DNA of 64,000 bases, from assembly GCA_963692865.2 (NCBI GenBank), contig OY843592.1, positions 3,328,001 through 3,392,000 on the forward strand, in the 5' to 3' direction. The notes under the pieces are model-generated. The model saw nothing but the letters and a program-made list of their open reading frames with translations. It ran no database searches and had not been told where the DNA came from. The translations under genes were made by a program, and so were the position numbers. The stretch comes from a bacterium. GTDB taxonomy: Bacteria; UBA8248. Positions 27,515 through 39,064 of this stretch are shown here, one piece after another; position 1 is the first letter of the stretch, and each line of letters opens with the position of its first letter.

Positions 27515-29058
27515 CCACAGCTCTGTTGAGATTCGCGCTCCGCCATCTCCCGAAGCGCGGTCTTCAAGACTTTTCCGTAGTTGTTCTTGGGCAGGGCCTC
27601 GATGAAGCGGTACGCGCGGGGACGCTTGAAGCGCGCAATGTGTTCGAGACACAAGCCGTCGAGTTCTTCCTGGCTCACTTGCTCCCCATCCTTGCGCACC
27701 ACGAAGGCCATGACCTCCTCTCCCCAATCCGGGTGCGGACGACCGATGACGGAGACTTCCAGAACGCCCTCGTGGCGGAGCAGCACTTCCTCCACCTCGC
27801 GGGGATAGATGTTGCTGCCGCCGCTGATGATGAGGTCCTTGGAGCGATCCCTGAGGGTGAGGAAACCATCCTCATCCATCACCCCCACGTCGCCCGTGTG
27901 GAGCCAGCCTCCCTTTAGCGCACTCGCCGTGGCCTCGGGGTTGTTCCAGTAGCCTTTCATGACGACGTCGCCGCGCACGAGCACCTCGCCGGTCTCTCCC
28001 GGCGGCAGGGTGTTGTCCTCGGCGTCCACCACGCGCACTTCGACCACGGTGTGCGGCACTCCGACGGAGGCGAGCCGCTCCTCGAAGCGGGGGTGCTGCG
28101 TATCGACGTGCCGCTCTCTGGAGACGACCGTGATGGTCATGGGGCTTTCTCCCTGTCCGTATACCTGAACGAGCTTGTTCCCCAGAGCCTCCATGGCCTT
28201 TTTGAGGTCTTCCAGGTACATCGGACCGCCGCCGTATGCGATGGTCTTGAGATTCGTGGTATCCGCACCCCTGAGCGCCTCGCTCTGAACCAGACGCGTC
28301 ACCATCGTGGGCGCCGCAAACATGGCGAGGCCAGGATATGCCTCGATGAGGCGAAAAATCTCCGGGGGCTCGAACCCCCCGCTCTCGGGGACGATGTTGT
28401 TCGCGCCCTTGTAGACGTGCGGTATGGCGTAGAGGCCCGAGCCGTGCGACAAGGGCGCGGCGTGCAGGATGCAATCGTTTTCGGAGACCGGATCGACGTC
28501 GGCGAAATAGCTCAGGGACATGCTGTGGAGGTTCCGGTGGGTGAGCATGGCACCCTTCGGCCTGCCCGTCGTGCCGCTCGTATAGAAGAGCCAAGCCAGA
28601 TCATCCGGCGCCTGGGGTTCGATGGGGACGGGCTCCCGGGACTGGATCGACCTATATTCGGGAGTATCGGCCTCCATCACGCTTTCCAAGGTCCCGATTT
28701 CATCGACAAGCGGCGATACCGTCCCCATGAGATCGGAAGTGGCGAAACAGCAGCGCGCGCCCGCATTTTCCAGGATGAAGGCCATCTCTTTCGGATGGAG
28801 CTTCGCGTTGATGGGCAAGGCGCAGCACCCCGCATGCCATATGGCGTAGAGGACCTCCAGAAACGCCGGACAGTTCTTCATGGTGATGGCGGCGCGATCC
28901 CCGGGTCTCAGCCCGAGTTCGTCTTTCAGATAGCCCGCCATGGCGCCGGCCCTGCGGGCAAGCGTCTCATACGTGCAATGAACCGCCTCGCCATGAGAAA
29001 TGGCCGGCCGCTCGCCACAGGCGCTGGCCGCCCGGGCCAAAAACTCCGCCATGTTCAT
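27511..29058 (-). CDS. AMP-forming acyl-CoA synthetase
   Basis: FYTSGTTGRPKG, YGQGE, LHTGD, DRSKDLIISGG, YGKV. Confidence 0.92.
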   Translation of the reverse strand: MNMAEFLARAASACGERPAISHGEAVHCTYETLARRAGAMAGYLKDELGLRPGDRAAITMKNCPAFLEVLYAIWHAGCCALPINAKLHPKEMAFILENAGARCCFATSDLMGTVSPLVDEIGTLESVMEADTPEYRSIQSREPVPIEPQAPDDLAWLFYTSGTTGRPKGAMLTHRNLHSMSLSYFADVDPVSENDCILHAAPLSHGSGLYAIPHVYKGANNIVPESGGFEPPEIFRLIEAYPGLAMFAAPTMVTRLVQSEALRGADTTNLKTIAYGGGPMYLEDLKKAMEALGNKLVQVYGQGESPMTITVVSRERHVDTQHPRFEERLASVGVPHTVVEVRVVDAEDNTLPPGETGEVLVRGDVVMKGYWNNPEATASALKGGWLHTGDVGVMDEDGFLTLRDRSKDLIISGGSNIYPREVEEVLLRHEGVLEVSVIGRPHPDWGEEVMAFVVRKDGEQVSQEELDGLCLEHIARFKRPRAYRFIEALPKNNYGKVLKTALREMAERESQQSCG

Positions 29059-29301
29059 TCGAAACCACCCTCCCGCAAGTCACGGCCCACGATCGCGCAA
29101 GCACGCGGTTTCACGGGCGATTCATCGTTGGAAGACCGTCGCTTCATGGCTTGATGATAAGCCATATCCGAATCCATGAATATGCGCTAGTATTAAACCA
29201 TATCTCATCGTTTCATGGAGCGCGGCTCCGGCCGGAAAAACCGCATATGCGAGAGGATCCCAACGAGCGTCCCCTCTTCTCATACCCGTGGAGGCATTTC
29301 C

Positions 29302-30615
29302 ATGCGAAGCGAAAAAGACCTGCTCGATTCGGCCAAGAAATACAGCTTTCGCGGGCGGGTGGACAAGTCGGTTTTCTCGGGCCCCGTCTTCGTGCGCGGC
29401 GAGGGTTCCACCGTCGAGGACGTGAACGGCAAGCAATACCTCGATTTCAATTCGGGCCAGATGTGCTCCGCCCTCGGGCACAACCACCCCACCGTCACGG
29501 ACGCCATCAAGAAAAGCTGCGATGAGCTGATTCACGCGCACAGCAGTTTCTTCAACGATCAGGAAATCATCCTCGCCGAGCGTCTCGGCGCGCTGCTGCC
29601 GCCCCCACTCGAGAAGAGCCTGTTTCTCGGTTCGGGTGCGGACGCCAACGAGGCGGCGGTGACTATCGCCCGCAAATTCACCGGCGGCTTCGAGGTGGCG
29701 AGCCCCCACATCAGCTTCCACGGCCTCTCCGACACGGCGCGCTCGCTCACCTTCGCGGGCTGGCACAGCGGGCACGGGCCGCTCTCGCCGGGGAGCATGG
29801 CCATGGTCGCGCCCTACTGCTACCGCTGCCCGCTCGCCCAGAAATTCCCCGATTGCGAGATCGCCTGCCTGGACACGAGCTTCGAACTCATCGACGCGCA
29901 AACGACGAGCAAGCCCGCCGCCGTCATCACCGAGCCCCTGTTCAGCGCGGGCGGCGTGGTCGAGCCGCCGCCCGGGTGGCTCAAGAAGCTCAAAGAAAAC
30001 TGCGAGGAGCGCGACATGCTCCTCATCGTGGACGACGAACAGACGGGGCTCGGCAAGCTGGGGACGATGTTCGGCTTCGAGAAGGACGAGGTGGCACCCG
30101 ACGTCGTGACGCTGGCGAAACATTTCGGCGGGGGCGTGAGCATCTCTTCGGTCTCGACGAGCGCCGAGGTGGAGGAGAAGATAGCGTCCACAGAGTTCGT
30201 CGTCACCCATTCGCACACCAACGACCCGCTCGCCTGCGCCGCGGGCGTGGCGAGCCTCGACGTCATCGAAGGTGAAGACGTTCCCGCCAAGGCCCGAAAA
30301 ATCGGCGCTCACCTGAGAGAGCGCCTCACCTGGCTGGGCGAACAGTATGAAATGGTGGGCGACATCAGGGGCCGGGGCCTCCTCCAGGGGATTGAACTCG
30401 TGGAGGACAGGCGCTCCAAGACGCCCGCCACCAGACAGGGTAGCGAGATCAACCGCAGGTGCCTGGAGAACGGACTTATCTTCAGCCAGCGGCGCGGGGG
30501 AAGCGTTCTTCGCTTCGTGCCGCCGGCCACGACGACGGAAGGGCAGATGGATCAGGCGATGGACATCCTCACCGACGCGGTGGACAAGGCGAGCGTTCGC
30601 GGCGCCGTCTCGTGA
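29302..30615 (+). CDS. Class-III PLP aminotransferase, 2,2-dialkylglycine-decarboxylase-like
   Basis: LDFNSGQM, LGHNHP, SFHG, DDEQTGLG, PDVVTLAK, GDIRGRGL; GGAGG RBS. Confidence 0.85.
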   Translation: MRSEKDLLDSAKKYSFRGRVDKSVFSGPVFVRGEGSTVEDVNGKQYLDFNSGQMCSALGHNHPTVTDAIKKSCDELIHAHSSFFNDQEIILAERLGALLPPPLEKSLFLGSGADANEAAVTIARKFTGGFEVASPHISFHGLSDTARSLTFAGWHSGHGPLSPGSMAMVAPYCYRCPLAQKFPDCEIACLDTSFELIDAQTTSKPAAVITEPLFSAGGVVEPPPGWLKKLKENCEERDMLLIVDDEQTGLGKLGTMFGFEKDEVAPDVVTLAKHFGGGVSISSVSTSAEVEEKIASTEFVVTHSHTNDPLACAAGVASLDVIEGEDVPAKARKIGAHLRERLTWLGEQYEMVGDIRGRGLLQGIELVEDRRSKTPATRQGSEINRRCLENGLIFSQRRGGSVLRFVPPATTTEGQMDQAMDILTDAVDKASVRGAVS

Positions 30616-30656
30616 GCATGAGCAATTCCGGCTGCCCTAATTTCGACTAGTATCAA

Positions 30657-31148
30657 ATGCTCCACGTCGCTCTCTACCATCCCGCGATTCCGCAGAACAC
30701 CGGGAACATCGGCCGCTTGTGCGTGGGGATGGATGCGCATCTGCACGTCATCGAACCCGCGAAATTCGATTTTTCGGACAACTCCCTCAAAAGAGCGGGG
30801 CTAGACTACTGGCCGGACGTAAAGCTCACGGTCCACGAGAACGAAGCGCTCTTCCTCGAATGGCTGGGCGGGAGAACGCCCTGGCTCATCACGAAGTTCG
30901 GCGCTTCTCGATTCGATAGAGTCTCATTTCGGGACGAGGACGTGCTGCTCCTGGGAAACGAGAACACCGGTCTCCCTGATTCATGGCACGCGCGCTGGGC
31001 CGAGCGGCGGATCTACGTGCCCATGCCCGGGCCGATCCGCTCCTACAACCTCGCCAACACCGCCGCCATCGTCCTCGCGCAGGCCTACGTGCAACTGAAT
31101 GACGAGGAAGTTACGAACCACGGTGGAGGGCAGGACCCCATCGGCTGA
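30657..31148 (+). CDS. trmL: tRNA (cytidine/uridine-34 2'-O)-methyltransferase
   Basis: PAIPQNTGNIGRLC, LKRAGLDYW, GNENTGLP, PM...RSYNL. Confidence 0.92.
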   Translation: MLHVALYHPAIPQNTGNIGRLCVGMDAHLHVIEPAKFDFSDNSLKRAGLDYWPDVKLTVHENEALFLEWLGGRTPWLITKFGASRFDRVSFRDEDVLLLGNENTGLPDSWHARWAERRIYVPMPGPIRSYNLANTAAIVLAQAYVQLNDEEVTNHGGGQDPIG

Positions 31149-31212
31149 AATCTGAAATTTCTAAGCTGGCGAATGAAAAACCTCTGGCAATTACCCGAGG
31201 ATAGCGAAACCA

Positions 31213-32370
31213 TCACGGCGTCATATCCACCCAGCCGCCCTCTTGCGCGCTTTTCAGGCATGCTTCGGCGAGCCTTACGTCGCGGATGCCTGCGGAGAGA
31301 TCGGCGTAGAAGGGCTCATCGCCCGCCACGTGGCGGATGAAGCGCTCCCAGCCATAGCGGTAGGGGTTCTTGTAGGACTCAGCATCTAGCTCTTCCTCCC
31401 AGTTTTCTTGGTAATCCACCGAAACGTCCATTGTGTCCGCGTCGCGGCCCATCAGGAAACCCCGCACCAAAGGCGTATCGCCCGCCGCCTGCTTCCAGCA
31501 ACGTCTTAACCCCGCCACCGCGGAGCCCCCTGTTCCATCCACCTGGAAGGTCACCAGGTCCTCGCGCCGCACGCGGGTGGACCAGGAGCTCAGAATCGCG
31601 CCGCGCGCGCCGCTTTCGAGTTCCAGTAACGTGTGCGCGTTATCCTCTACGTCGACGCGGAAGCGCTCCCCCGCCTCGTCGGCACGCTCGGTCTGGCCCG
31701 TCCAGGAGAGCGCCGCAACGCGCGCAATCGGCCCCAGAACCCCCTCGACGATGTAGCGCCAGTGCGGGTGCATGTCCGAGATGAGTCCGCCGCCGCCCGC
31801 CTTTCGGTAGTTCCAGCTCGGGCGCTGGCATTCGGCCTCGACCCCGTCGAACACCCACCAGCCGAAATTGATCTGAAAACCGATGATCCGCCCCAGAAAA
31901 CCACTCTCAACGATTCGCCTGAGTTTCAGAAACCCCGGCAGGAAGAGCTTGTCCTCCACCGCGCCGTGCTTGAGACCCTTGGCCCGTGCCGCGCGCAGGA
32001 GGCTCATCCCTTCCTGAACGCTGGGCGCCACTGGTTTTTCGGTATAGATGTGCTTCCCCGCGGCGATGGCGCGCTTGAGGACTTCCACCCGCAAATGCGT
32101 GGCCGCAGCGTCGAAGAAGACGGGATACGCCGTATCCCCGAGAGCCGCATCCAAACTGGTCGTCCATGCAAGGCCGCCGTGTTCCGTCGCCAGTTTCGCG
32201 AGGCGCTCTCCGTTCCTGCCGACGAGCAGGAGTTTTGGCAGGATTCTCTCGCCGCCGACTTCGAGGCCGCCCTCGCCGATGATGGGCATGAGCGAGTTTC
32301 TCAGGTGCTGGAAGGAACAGATGCCGCCCGTCGCACCGTGCAGAATGATTCCCAACGCCTGCGTCGCCAT
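31213..32370 (-). CDS. Gfo/Idh/MocA-family oxidoreductase
   Basis: GATGG, AGKHIYTEKP, DKLFLPG, QRPSWNYR, DMHPHW. Confidence 0.88.
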   Translation of the reverse strand: MATQALGIILHGATGGICSFQHLRNSLMPIIGEGGLEVGGERILPKLLLVGRNGERLAKLATEHGGLAWTTSLDAALGDTAYPVFFDAAATHLRVEVLKRAIAAGKHIYTEKPVAPSVQEGMSLLRAARAKGLKHGAVEDKLFLPGFLKLRRIVESGFLGRIIGFQINFGWWVFDGVEAECQRPSWNYRKAGGGGLISDMHPHWRYIVEGVLGPIARVAALSWTGQTERADEAGERFRVDVEDNAHTLLELESGARGAILSSWSTRVRREDLVTFQVDGTGGSAVAGLRRCWKQAAGDTPLVRGFLMGRDADTMDVSVDYQENWEEELDAESYKNPYRYGWERFIRHVAGDEPFYADLSAGIRDVRLAEACLKSAQEGGWVDMTP

Positions 32371-32412
32371 GTTTCCGTCCTGTCCCACGCCCAAGATTTC
32401 GCGAGAACGCTC

Positions 32413-33543
32413 CTAGTCCTCGAGGCCCGCCATCAACTCCGCAGGTTCGATGGGCAGCTTCAATTCTTCGCCTCGCTTGGCCGAGAGGTCCATCGCCATG
32501 GTCAGCACGAGGTTGCGGTGCCCCTCAGCGGCGGTCGCATGGGGCGTGCGCTTGCCCGAATAAATCCGTTGGAACCAGGAATTGGTCTCCTCGCGCATCG
32601 GCCCCCAGAGTTCTCCATCATACGTGTCGCCCGGCGGGAAGCTGGTGAGGAAATCGACGTTGCGTTGCGCCTCCAGGTCGAAATCCTCCGGGTTATAGGC
32701 GGGACCCTGCGAGAATTCAGACGCCATCACCACATCGCGGTGCGTGTCCTCGATGTCCACCACGCCCTTCGTGCCCACGATGCCGATTTCGAGTCCATAC
32801 ACCGCGCCGGGCCATTCCTTGGGCAGCGCCCAGCAGATGTTCATGCTCCAGATGGCGCCGCTATCCATCGTGAACACGCCGAAGGTGGCGTCCTTGGTGC
32901 CGAGATCGCTCAATATCCCCTCGGTCGAGCGCGCGAAGATGGAGACCGGCTTGGCGTCGCCCATCAGCCACAGGCACATATCAAGACTGTGGGTGCCGGA
33001 GACGACCATGGGCGTCAGGAAGCGGCGGTCCTGGGAAAGGCGAACCTCCCCGGTCGGCGCCATGCGGTTCATGAAGGCGCGCGTGACCGCCGCGGTGACG
33101 TCGCCGATCTGGCCGCTCTCGACGCGATCCTTGACAGCCAGAAAACGCCTGCGAAAACGCTGGGTGTAGCCGACCACGGCGTCCACGCCGGCCGATTCTA
33201 TCGCCGCGAGTACGGAGGCCGACTCGCGCGCGTCGGTGGCGAGCGGTTTTTCGATCAGCATGGAAAGGCCGCGCTCCGCCGCGGCGAGCGTGGGTTCGAC
33301 GTGCGCCCAGGTCGAGGTGGCGATGATCGCCGCATCCACCTCGGGACGGGAGATGAGTTCGTGAAAATCGGTGGTGAAGTAATCGGCCCCGATGTCTTGC
33401 TTGAGTTGTTGCCCCACCCGCTCGTTCATGTCGGAGAGGCCGATCCAACCGATTCCGGGGAAATCCCTGGCCAGCGCGCCCCGCATGCGCCCCACCACCC
33501 CGCAGCCGACGATGGCCAGCCCGAGTTCCTTTCTATCCGCCAT
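32413..33543 (-). CDS. Gfo/Idh/MocA-family oxidoreductase
   Basis: VGCGVVG, IEKPLA, GYTQRFR, SGTHSLD. Confidence 0.88.
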   Translation of the reverse strand: MADRKELGLAIVGCGVVGRMRGALARDFPGIGWIGLSDMNERVGQQLKQDIGADYFTTDFHELISRPEVDAAIIATSTWAHVEPTLAAAERGLSMLIEKPLATDARESASVLAAIESAGVDAVVGYTQRFRRRFLAVKDRVESGQIGDVTAAVTRAFMNRMAPTGEVRLSQDRRFLTPMVVSGTHSLDMCLWLMGDAKPVSIFARSTEGILSDLGTKDATFGVFTMDSGAIWSMNICWALPKEWPGAVYGLEIGIVGTKGVVDIEDTHRDVVMASEFSQGPAYNPEDFDLEAQRNVDFLTSFPPGDTYDGELWGPMREETNSWFQRIYSGKRTPHATAAEGHRNLVLTMAMDLSAKRGEELKLPIEPAELMAGLED

Positions 33544-33604
33544 TCCTGTTCCTTTCGTTTATATGGGTATCGTCTGTATGACTTCGTGTATGCAGCCGGC
33601 AAGT

Positions 33605-33635
33605 AAAAAGCCGCGGAGACCCCGCGGCCGTTTTT
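33605..33635 (-). terminator. Intrinsic terminator after the tRNA
   Basis: GCCGCGG-N5-CCGCGGC stem followed by T5 on the minus strand. Confidence 0.75.
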
Positions 33636-33639
33636 CGCT

Positions 33640-33716
<77 letters not shown>

Positions 33717-33727
33717 TCGATATGTGT

Positions 33728-33756
33728 TATCTACTCCCGCACGAGCATTCTGTCAA
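33728..33756 (-). promoter_or_regulatory. Candidate sigma70 promoter of the tRNA
   Basis: TTGACA-N17-TAGATA just upstream of the tRNA 5' end; -10 box is weak. Confidence 0.5.
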
Positions 33757-33822
33757 GGAGAGGGGAGTTCTTCAGAGACACCGGGGAGGCTCTTTTGACG
33801 CCGATGAAACGAAAATCAGGAA

Positions 33823-34146
33823 TCATTTCTTTGAGGGAATGAACTCGTAGACGACTTCCCCTTTCTTGACCAAGCCTAAGTCTTCGCGCGCGATTTTCTC
33901 GATAGCCCGCTCATCGGAGCGCAAGGAGCGAATCTCAGCGCGCAACGCCTTGTTCTTCGCCTCGATTTCCTCGATCTCTTTTTTGAGTTCGAAAACGCGC
34001 TCTTTGTTCACGATGACGGCGAGATATCCGTCCCGGCCCAGCAAGGCGGAGCCGAGCAGCAAGACGATGACGCCCGCAGATATCCAGAAAAAGAGTCTGG
34101 CTTTTGGCGATTGGCCCGTTGTGGAAGATCGTCCTGCTTTTCGCAT
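33823..34146 (-). CDS. ftsB: Septum formation initiator (FtsB/DivIC)
   Basis: One TM helix, coiled coil, IEKIAREDLGLVKKGE. Confidence 0.85.
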   Translation of the reverse strand: MRKAGRSSTTGQSPKARLFFWISAGVIVLLLGSALLGRDGYLAVIVNKERVFELKKEIEEIEAKNKALRAEIRSLRSDERAIEKIAREDLGLVKKGEVVYEFIPSKK

Positions 34147-34181
34147 CGCGCTCAGATTCCGAGACGCGCGAACTTTACTGC

Positions 34182-35461
<1,280 letters not shown>

Positions 35462-35465
<4 letters not shown>

Positions 35466-36319
35466 GAGATGTATTTTCCAATCAATTGATGCAGGCGCTC
35501 TTTCGTCTCTTGCGGCATGCGTGCCGGGTCGGTCATGAGAGCCGTCGCCAAAGAGCCGGCAAAGGGGCTGTCACCGGCGATCTCGGGCGCCGCTTCCTTG
35601 ATGATCTCCTGCGCGAGGGCCGCGTTGCTTCTTACGAGAGCGATCACGGCTTCCACGCTCACCGCCTCTTCCTCCTCGTGCCAGCAGTCATAATCCGTCG
35701 CCAGCGCGATGGTTGCGTAGCTCATCTCCGCCTCGCGCGCGAGCTTCGCCTCGGGCATGTTCGTCATCCCGATGATCGAAGCGCCCCAATCGCGGTAGCG
35801 GAAACTCTCCGCCCGGCTGCTGAACTGGGGGCCTTCCATGCAGACGTACGTGCCGCCCGCGTGCGCCGTCGCGCCCGCCCGGAGGGCCGCGCCCATCAGG
35901 GTCTCGCTCAAAACCCCGCATACCGGGTCCGCCATCGAAACATGGGCGACGACGCCGTCGCCGAAAAACGTGCTCGCGCGCGTTTTTGTGAGATCGATGA
36001 ACTGGTCGGGAATCACGATGTGGCCCGGATGAATCTCTTCTTTCAGGCTGCCCACCGCGCTGACGGAAATCAGCCATTCCACACCCAGTTGCTTGAATCC
36101 GTGGATGTTGGCCCGGAAGGGGATCTCATGCGGCAGATATACGTGCCCGATTCCGTGCCTGGGCAGAAACGCGATCCGCTTGCCGGAGAGCGTTCCCAGA
36201 ACGTAGGGGGCCGAGGGCGCGCCGTAGGGCGTATCGATCGCGCGTTCTTCCACCTCGCCCAGTTCCGCCATCTCGTAGAGGCCGCTGCCGCCGATGACTC
36301 CGATATTCACATCAGACAC
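35462..36319 (-). CDS. mtnP: S-methyl-5'-thioadenosine phosphorylase
   Basis: IIGGSGLY-like start, [36 protein letters not shown]. Confidence 0.95.
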
Positions 36320-36339
36320 TTATATAACCTCGTTCGTCA

Positions 36340-37350
36340 TCACTTCACCGGGGCCGCCCGGATCATTCCCTTCTCGATCAGCGCCTCGGCAATCTGCACC
36401 GCGTTGAGGGCGGCGCCTTTTCTCAGGTTATCCGCCACCACCCAGAGGTTGAGGGTATTTTCCCGGGAATCATCCCGGCGGATGCGGCCGACGTATACCG
36501 GGTCTTCTCCGTCCGCGTCCTTGGGCATGGGATAGGAGAACGATTCCACGTCGTCCAGCACCTCCACGCCCGGCGCGCGGGAGAGCAATGCCCGCGCCTC
36601 CTCGGGTGAAACGGTCTCCTCGAACTCCACGTTCACGGATTCCGAGTGCGCGTTGAAAACGGGCACCCGCACGCACGTGGCGCTGATCGCCAGATGAGGC
36701 GCGCCCATGATCTTCCGCGTCTCATCGACCATCTTCCTCTCTTCTTTGGTATGGCCGCCGTCCAGAAAAACGTCGATATGGGGCAGGCAATTGAAGGCGA
36801 TCTCATGGGGCATTTTCCTGGGAACCGTTTCATCGCCCTCGATTTGCGCCTGCATCTCGTCTATTGCGGCTTGCCCCGCCCCGCTCACCGCCTGATAGGT
36901 GCTCACGACGACTCGCCTGATGCGTGCGGCGTCGTGAAGGGGTTTGAGCGCCACCACGAGCTGGATGGTGGAGCAGTTCGGGTTGGCGATGACCCCCTGG
37001 TGAGCGGCCAATGCTTCGGGGTTCACCTCCGGCACCACGAGGGGCACGCCCTCATCCATGCGGAAGGCGCTGGAATTATCCACCACCACCGAACCGGCCT
37101 TGACGGCGGCGGGCGCGAACTCCAAAGAGCGGGAAGCGCCGCAGGAAAAAAGCGCCAGGTCCACACCACAGAACGCATTCTCGGTGAGCCGGCTTACCGT
37201 AAGCTCGGCGCCGCGAAACGGGATTTTCCGACCGACGCTGCGCGCACTCGCGAGCAAAACGACCTCATCGGCGGGAAAATTCCGCTCCTCCAGGATTCGG
37301 AGCATCTCCCGGCCCACGGCGCCCGTGGCGCCTGCGACGGCGACGCGCAT
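36340..37350 (-). CDS. asd: Aspartate-semialdehyde dehydrogenase
   Basis: GATGAVG, NPNCSTIQ, STYQAVSGAG, CVRVPV, DNLRKGAALN. Confidence 0.97.
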   Translation of the reverse strand: MRVAVAGATGAVGREMLRILEERNFPADEVVLLASARSVGRKIPFRGAELTVSRLTENAFCGVDLALFSCGASRSLEFAPAAVKAGSVVVDNSSAFRMDEGVPLVVPEVNPEALAAHQGVIANPNCSTIQLVVALKPLHDAARIRRVVVSTYQAVSGAGQAAIDEMQAQIEGDETVPRKMPHEIAFNCLPHIDVFLDGGHTKEERKMVDETRKIMGAPHLAISATCVRVPVFNAHSESVNVEFEETVSPEEARALLSRAPGVEVLDDVESFSYPMPKDADGEDPVYVGRIRRDDSRENTLNLWVVADNLRKGAALNAVQIAEALIEKGMIRAAPVK

Positions 37351-38438
37351 CACGACGCTCCTCCCGCCAGGACGGCGATGCGCTCGCCCATCTCGGCGCA
37401 ACCCACCGCTGTGGCGCCAGGCGTGTGGATGTCGGACGTTCTGAGTCCCTCATCGAGCGCTGCGGCCACGGCCGCCTCGATGGCTTCGGCCACGTCCACG
37501 CGCTTTAACGAATAGCGGCACAGCATGGCGGCCGACATAATGGCCGCAATCGGGTTCGCCTTGTCCTGGCCGGCGATGTCGGGCGCCGTGCCGTGCACCG
37601 GCTCATACAAGCCGAAACCCGTCTCGTTCACGTTCGCCGAGGCGAGCATGCCGATGGAGCCCGTGAGCATGGAGGCGCAGTCGCTCAGGATGTCGCCGAA
37701 CATGTTGCCCGTGACGATGACGTCGAATTGCAGCGGGTCGCGAATCAACTGCATCGCCGCGTTGTCCACGTACATGTGGCTGGTTTCGATTTCCGGGAAC
37801 TCTCCGGCAACATCACCGGCGACCCTGCGCCACAGGCGGCCGTTGTCGAGAACGTTCTCCTTGTCCACCGAGCAGAGCTTTTTCCCGCGCACGGACGCCA
37901 GCTCGAACGCGAGGCGAACGATCTGGCGGATCTCCCCCGTGGTGTACGTCATCGTGTCGACCGCCTTTTCCTCATCCGCTGAGAGGCGCTCGATTCCCCT
38001 GGGCCGGCCGAAATAAATGCCGCTCACGCCCTCGCGCACGACGAGGAGGTCCAGACCGCGCACCACCTCGGGCTTGAGCGAGGAGGCTTCCACCAGCGGA
38101 TCGAACATGACGGCGGGCCTTAGATTGGCGAAGAGGTTCAACTCTTTCCTCAGGCCCAGAATGGCCTGCTCGGGGCGTTTGTCGCGCGAGAGTTCATCCC
38201 ATTTCGGACCTCCCACGGCGCCGAACAGCCCGGCGTCGCTCCTCCGGCAGAGGGCGAGGGTTTCTTCGGGCAGAGGCTCTCCCGTCGCGTCATAAGCCGC
38301 GCCGCCGCAAAGACCCTCCTCGAATTCGAAATCCGCGCCGAAGCGAGCGCCCGACGCCTCCAGCACCGAGCGCGCCTGCGCCACTACTTCCTGGCCGATG
38401 CCGTCGCCCGGCAAAACGGCTATCTGGTAACTCCTCAC
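37350..38438 (-). CDS. leuB: 3-isopropylmalate dehydrogenase
   Basis: PGDGIG, GAVGGPKW, NLRPA, NMFGDILSD, EPVHGTAPDIAG; GTG start. Confidence 0.96.
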   Translation of the reverse strand: MRSYQIAVLPGDGIGQEVVAQARSVLEASGARFGADFEFEEGLCGGAAYDATGEPLPEETLALCRRSDAGLFGAVGGPKWDELSRDKRPEQAILGLRKELNLFANLRPAVMFDPLVEASSLKPEVVRGLDLLVVREGVSGIYFGRPRGIERLSADEEKAVDTMTYTTGEIRQIVRLAFELASVRGKKLCSVDKENVLDNGRLWRRVAGDVAGEFPEIETSHMYVDNAAMQLIRDPLQFDVIVTGNMFGDILSDCASMLTGSIGMLASANVNETGFGLYEPVHGTAPDIAGQDKANPIAAIMSAAMLCRYSLKRVDVAEAIEAAVAAALDEGLRTSDIHTPGATAVGCAEMGERIAVLAGGAS

Positions 38439-38455
38439 CGAAAACTCTCCTCTCC

Positions 38456-39064
38456 TTATTGCGCTTCGCTCTCGAAATTCGTGACGTAGGGCAGACGCTG
38501 CGCTACCTCCTCGACCCGGGGGAGATTTCCGCGCAAATTGGCGAGCATGTCCCACGTACCGGCCAGAAAGGCGGCCTTGCGCGTCTCCTGGATGTCGATG
38601 GAAATGACGCGCTCGTCGTAGCTTACCGTGGAATTCCCGATGTCCACGGTGAAGCGCGTCTCCGGATATTCCTGCGCCTGCTTGATCAACTCGTTCACGT
38701 CATCCGCCGACGCCACGCCGAGCGGCACGCCGATGGCGAAGCAGTTTCCCGCGAAAATCTCGGCGAACGATACCCCGACGAGCACGTCGATGCCGAAGCG
38801 CTTGAGCGCCTGCGGGGCGTGCTCGCGCGAGGAGCCCGAACCGAAGTTCTTGCCCACGAACATCATGCTCGCCCCTTTGTGAGCGGGGTTGTCGACGGGA
38901 TGATCGGGCGTGTTCTCGCGCTCATCGCAAAACAGGGCCTTCTCGATGCCATCGAAGGTGATGGACTTGAGAAAGCGGGCCGGCGTGATCCTGTCGGTAT
39001 CGATGTCGTCGCGCGGCATCGGAATGGCCTTGCCCACGATTTTTTCGATTCTTTTCGCGCTCAT
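38456..39064 (-). CDS. leuD: 3-isopropylmalate dehydratase small subunit
   Basis: [31 protein letters not shown]. Confidence 0.95.
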   Translation of the reverse strand: MSAKRIEKIVGKAIPMPRDDIDTDRITPARFLKSITFDGIEKALFCDERENTPDHPVDNPAHKGASMMFVGKNFGSGSSREHAPQALKRFGIDVLVGVSFAEIFAGNCFAIGVPLGVASADDVNELIKQAQEYPETRFTVDIGNSTVSYDERVISIDIQETRKAAFLAGTWDMLANLRGNLPRVEEVAQRLPYVTNFESEAQ

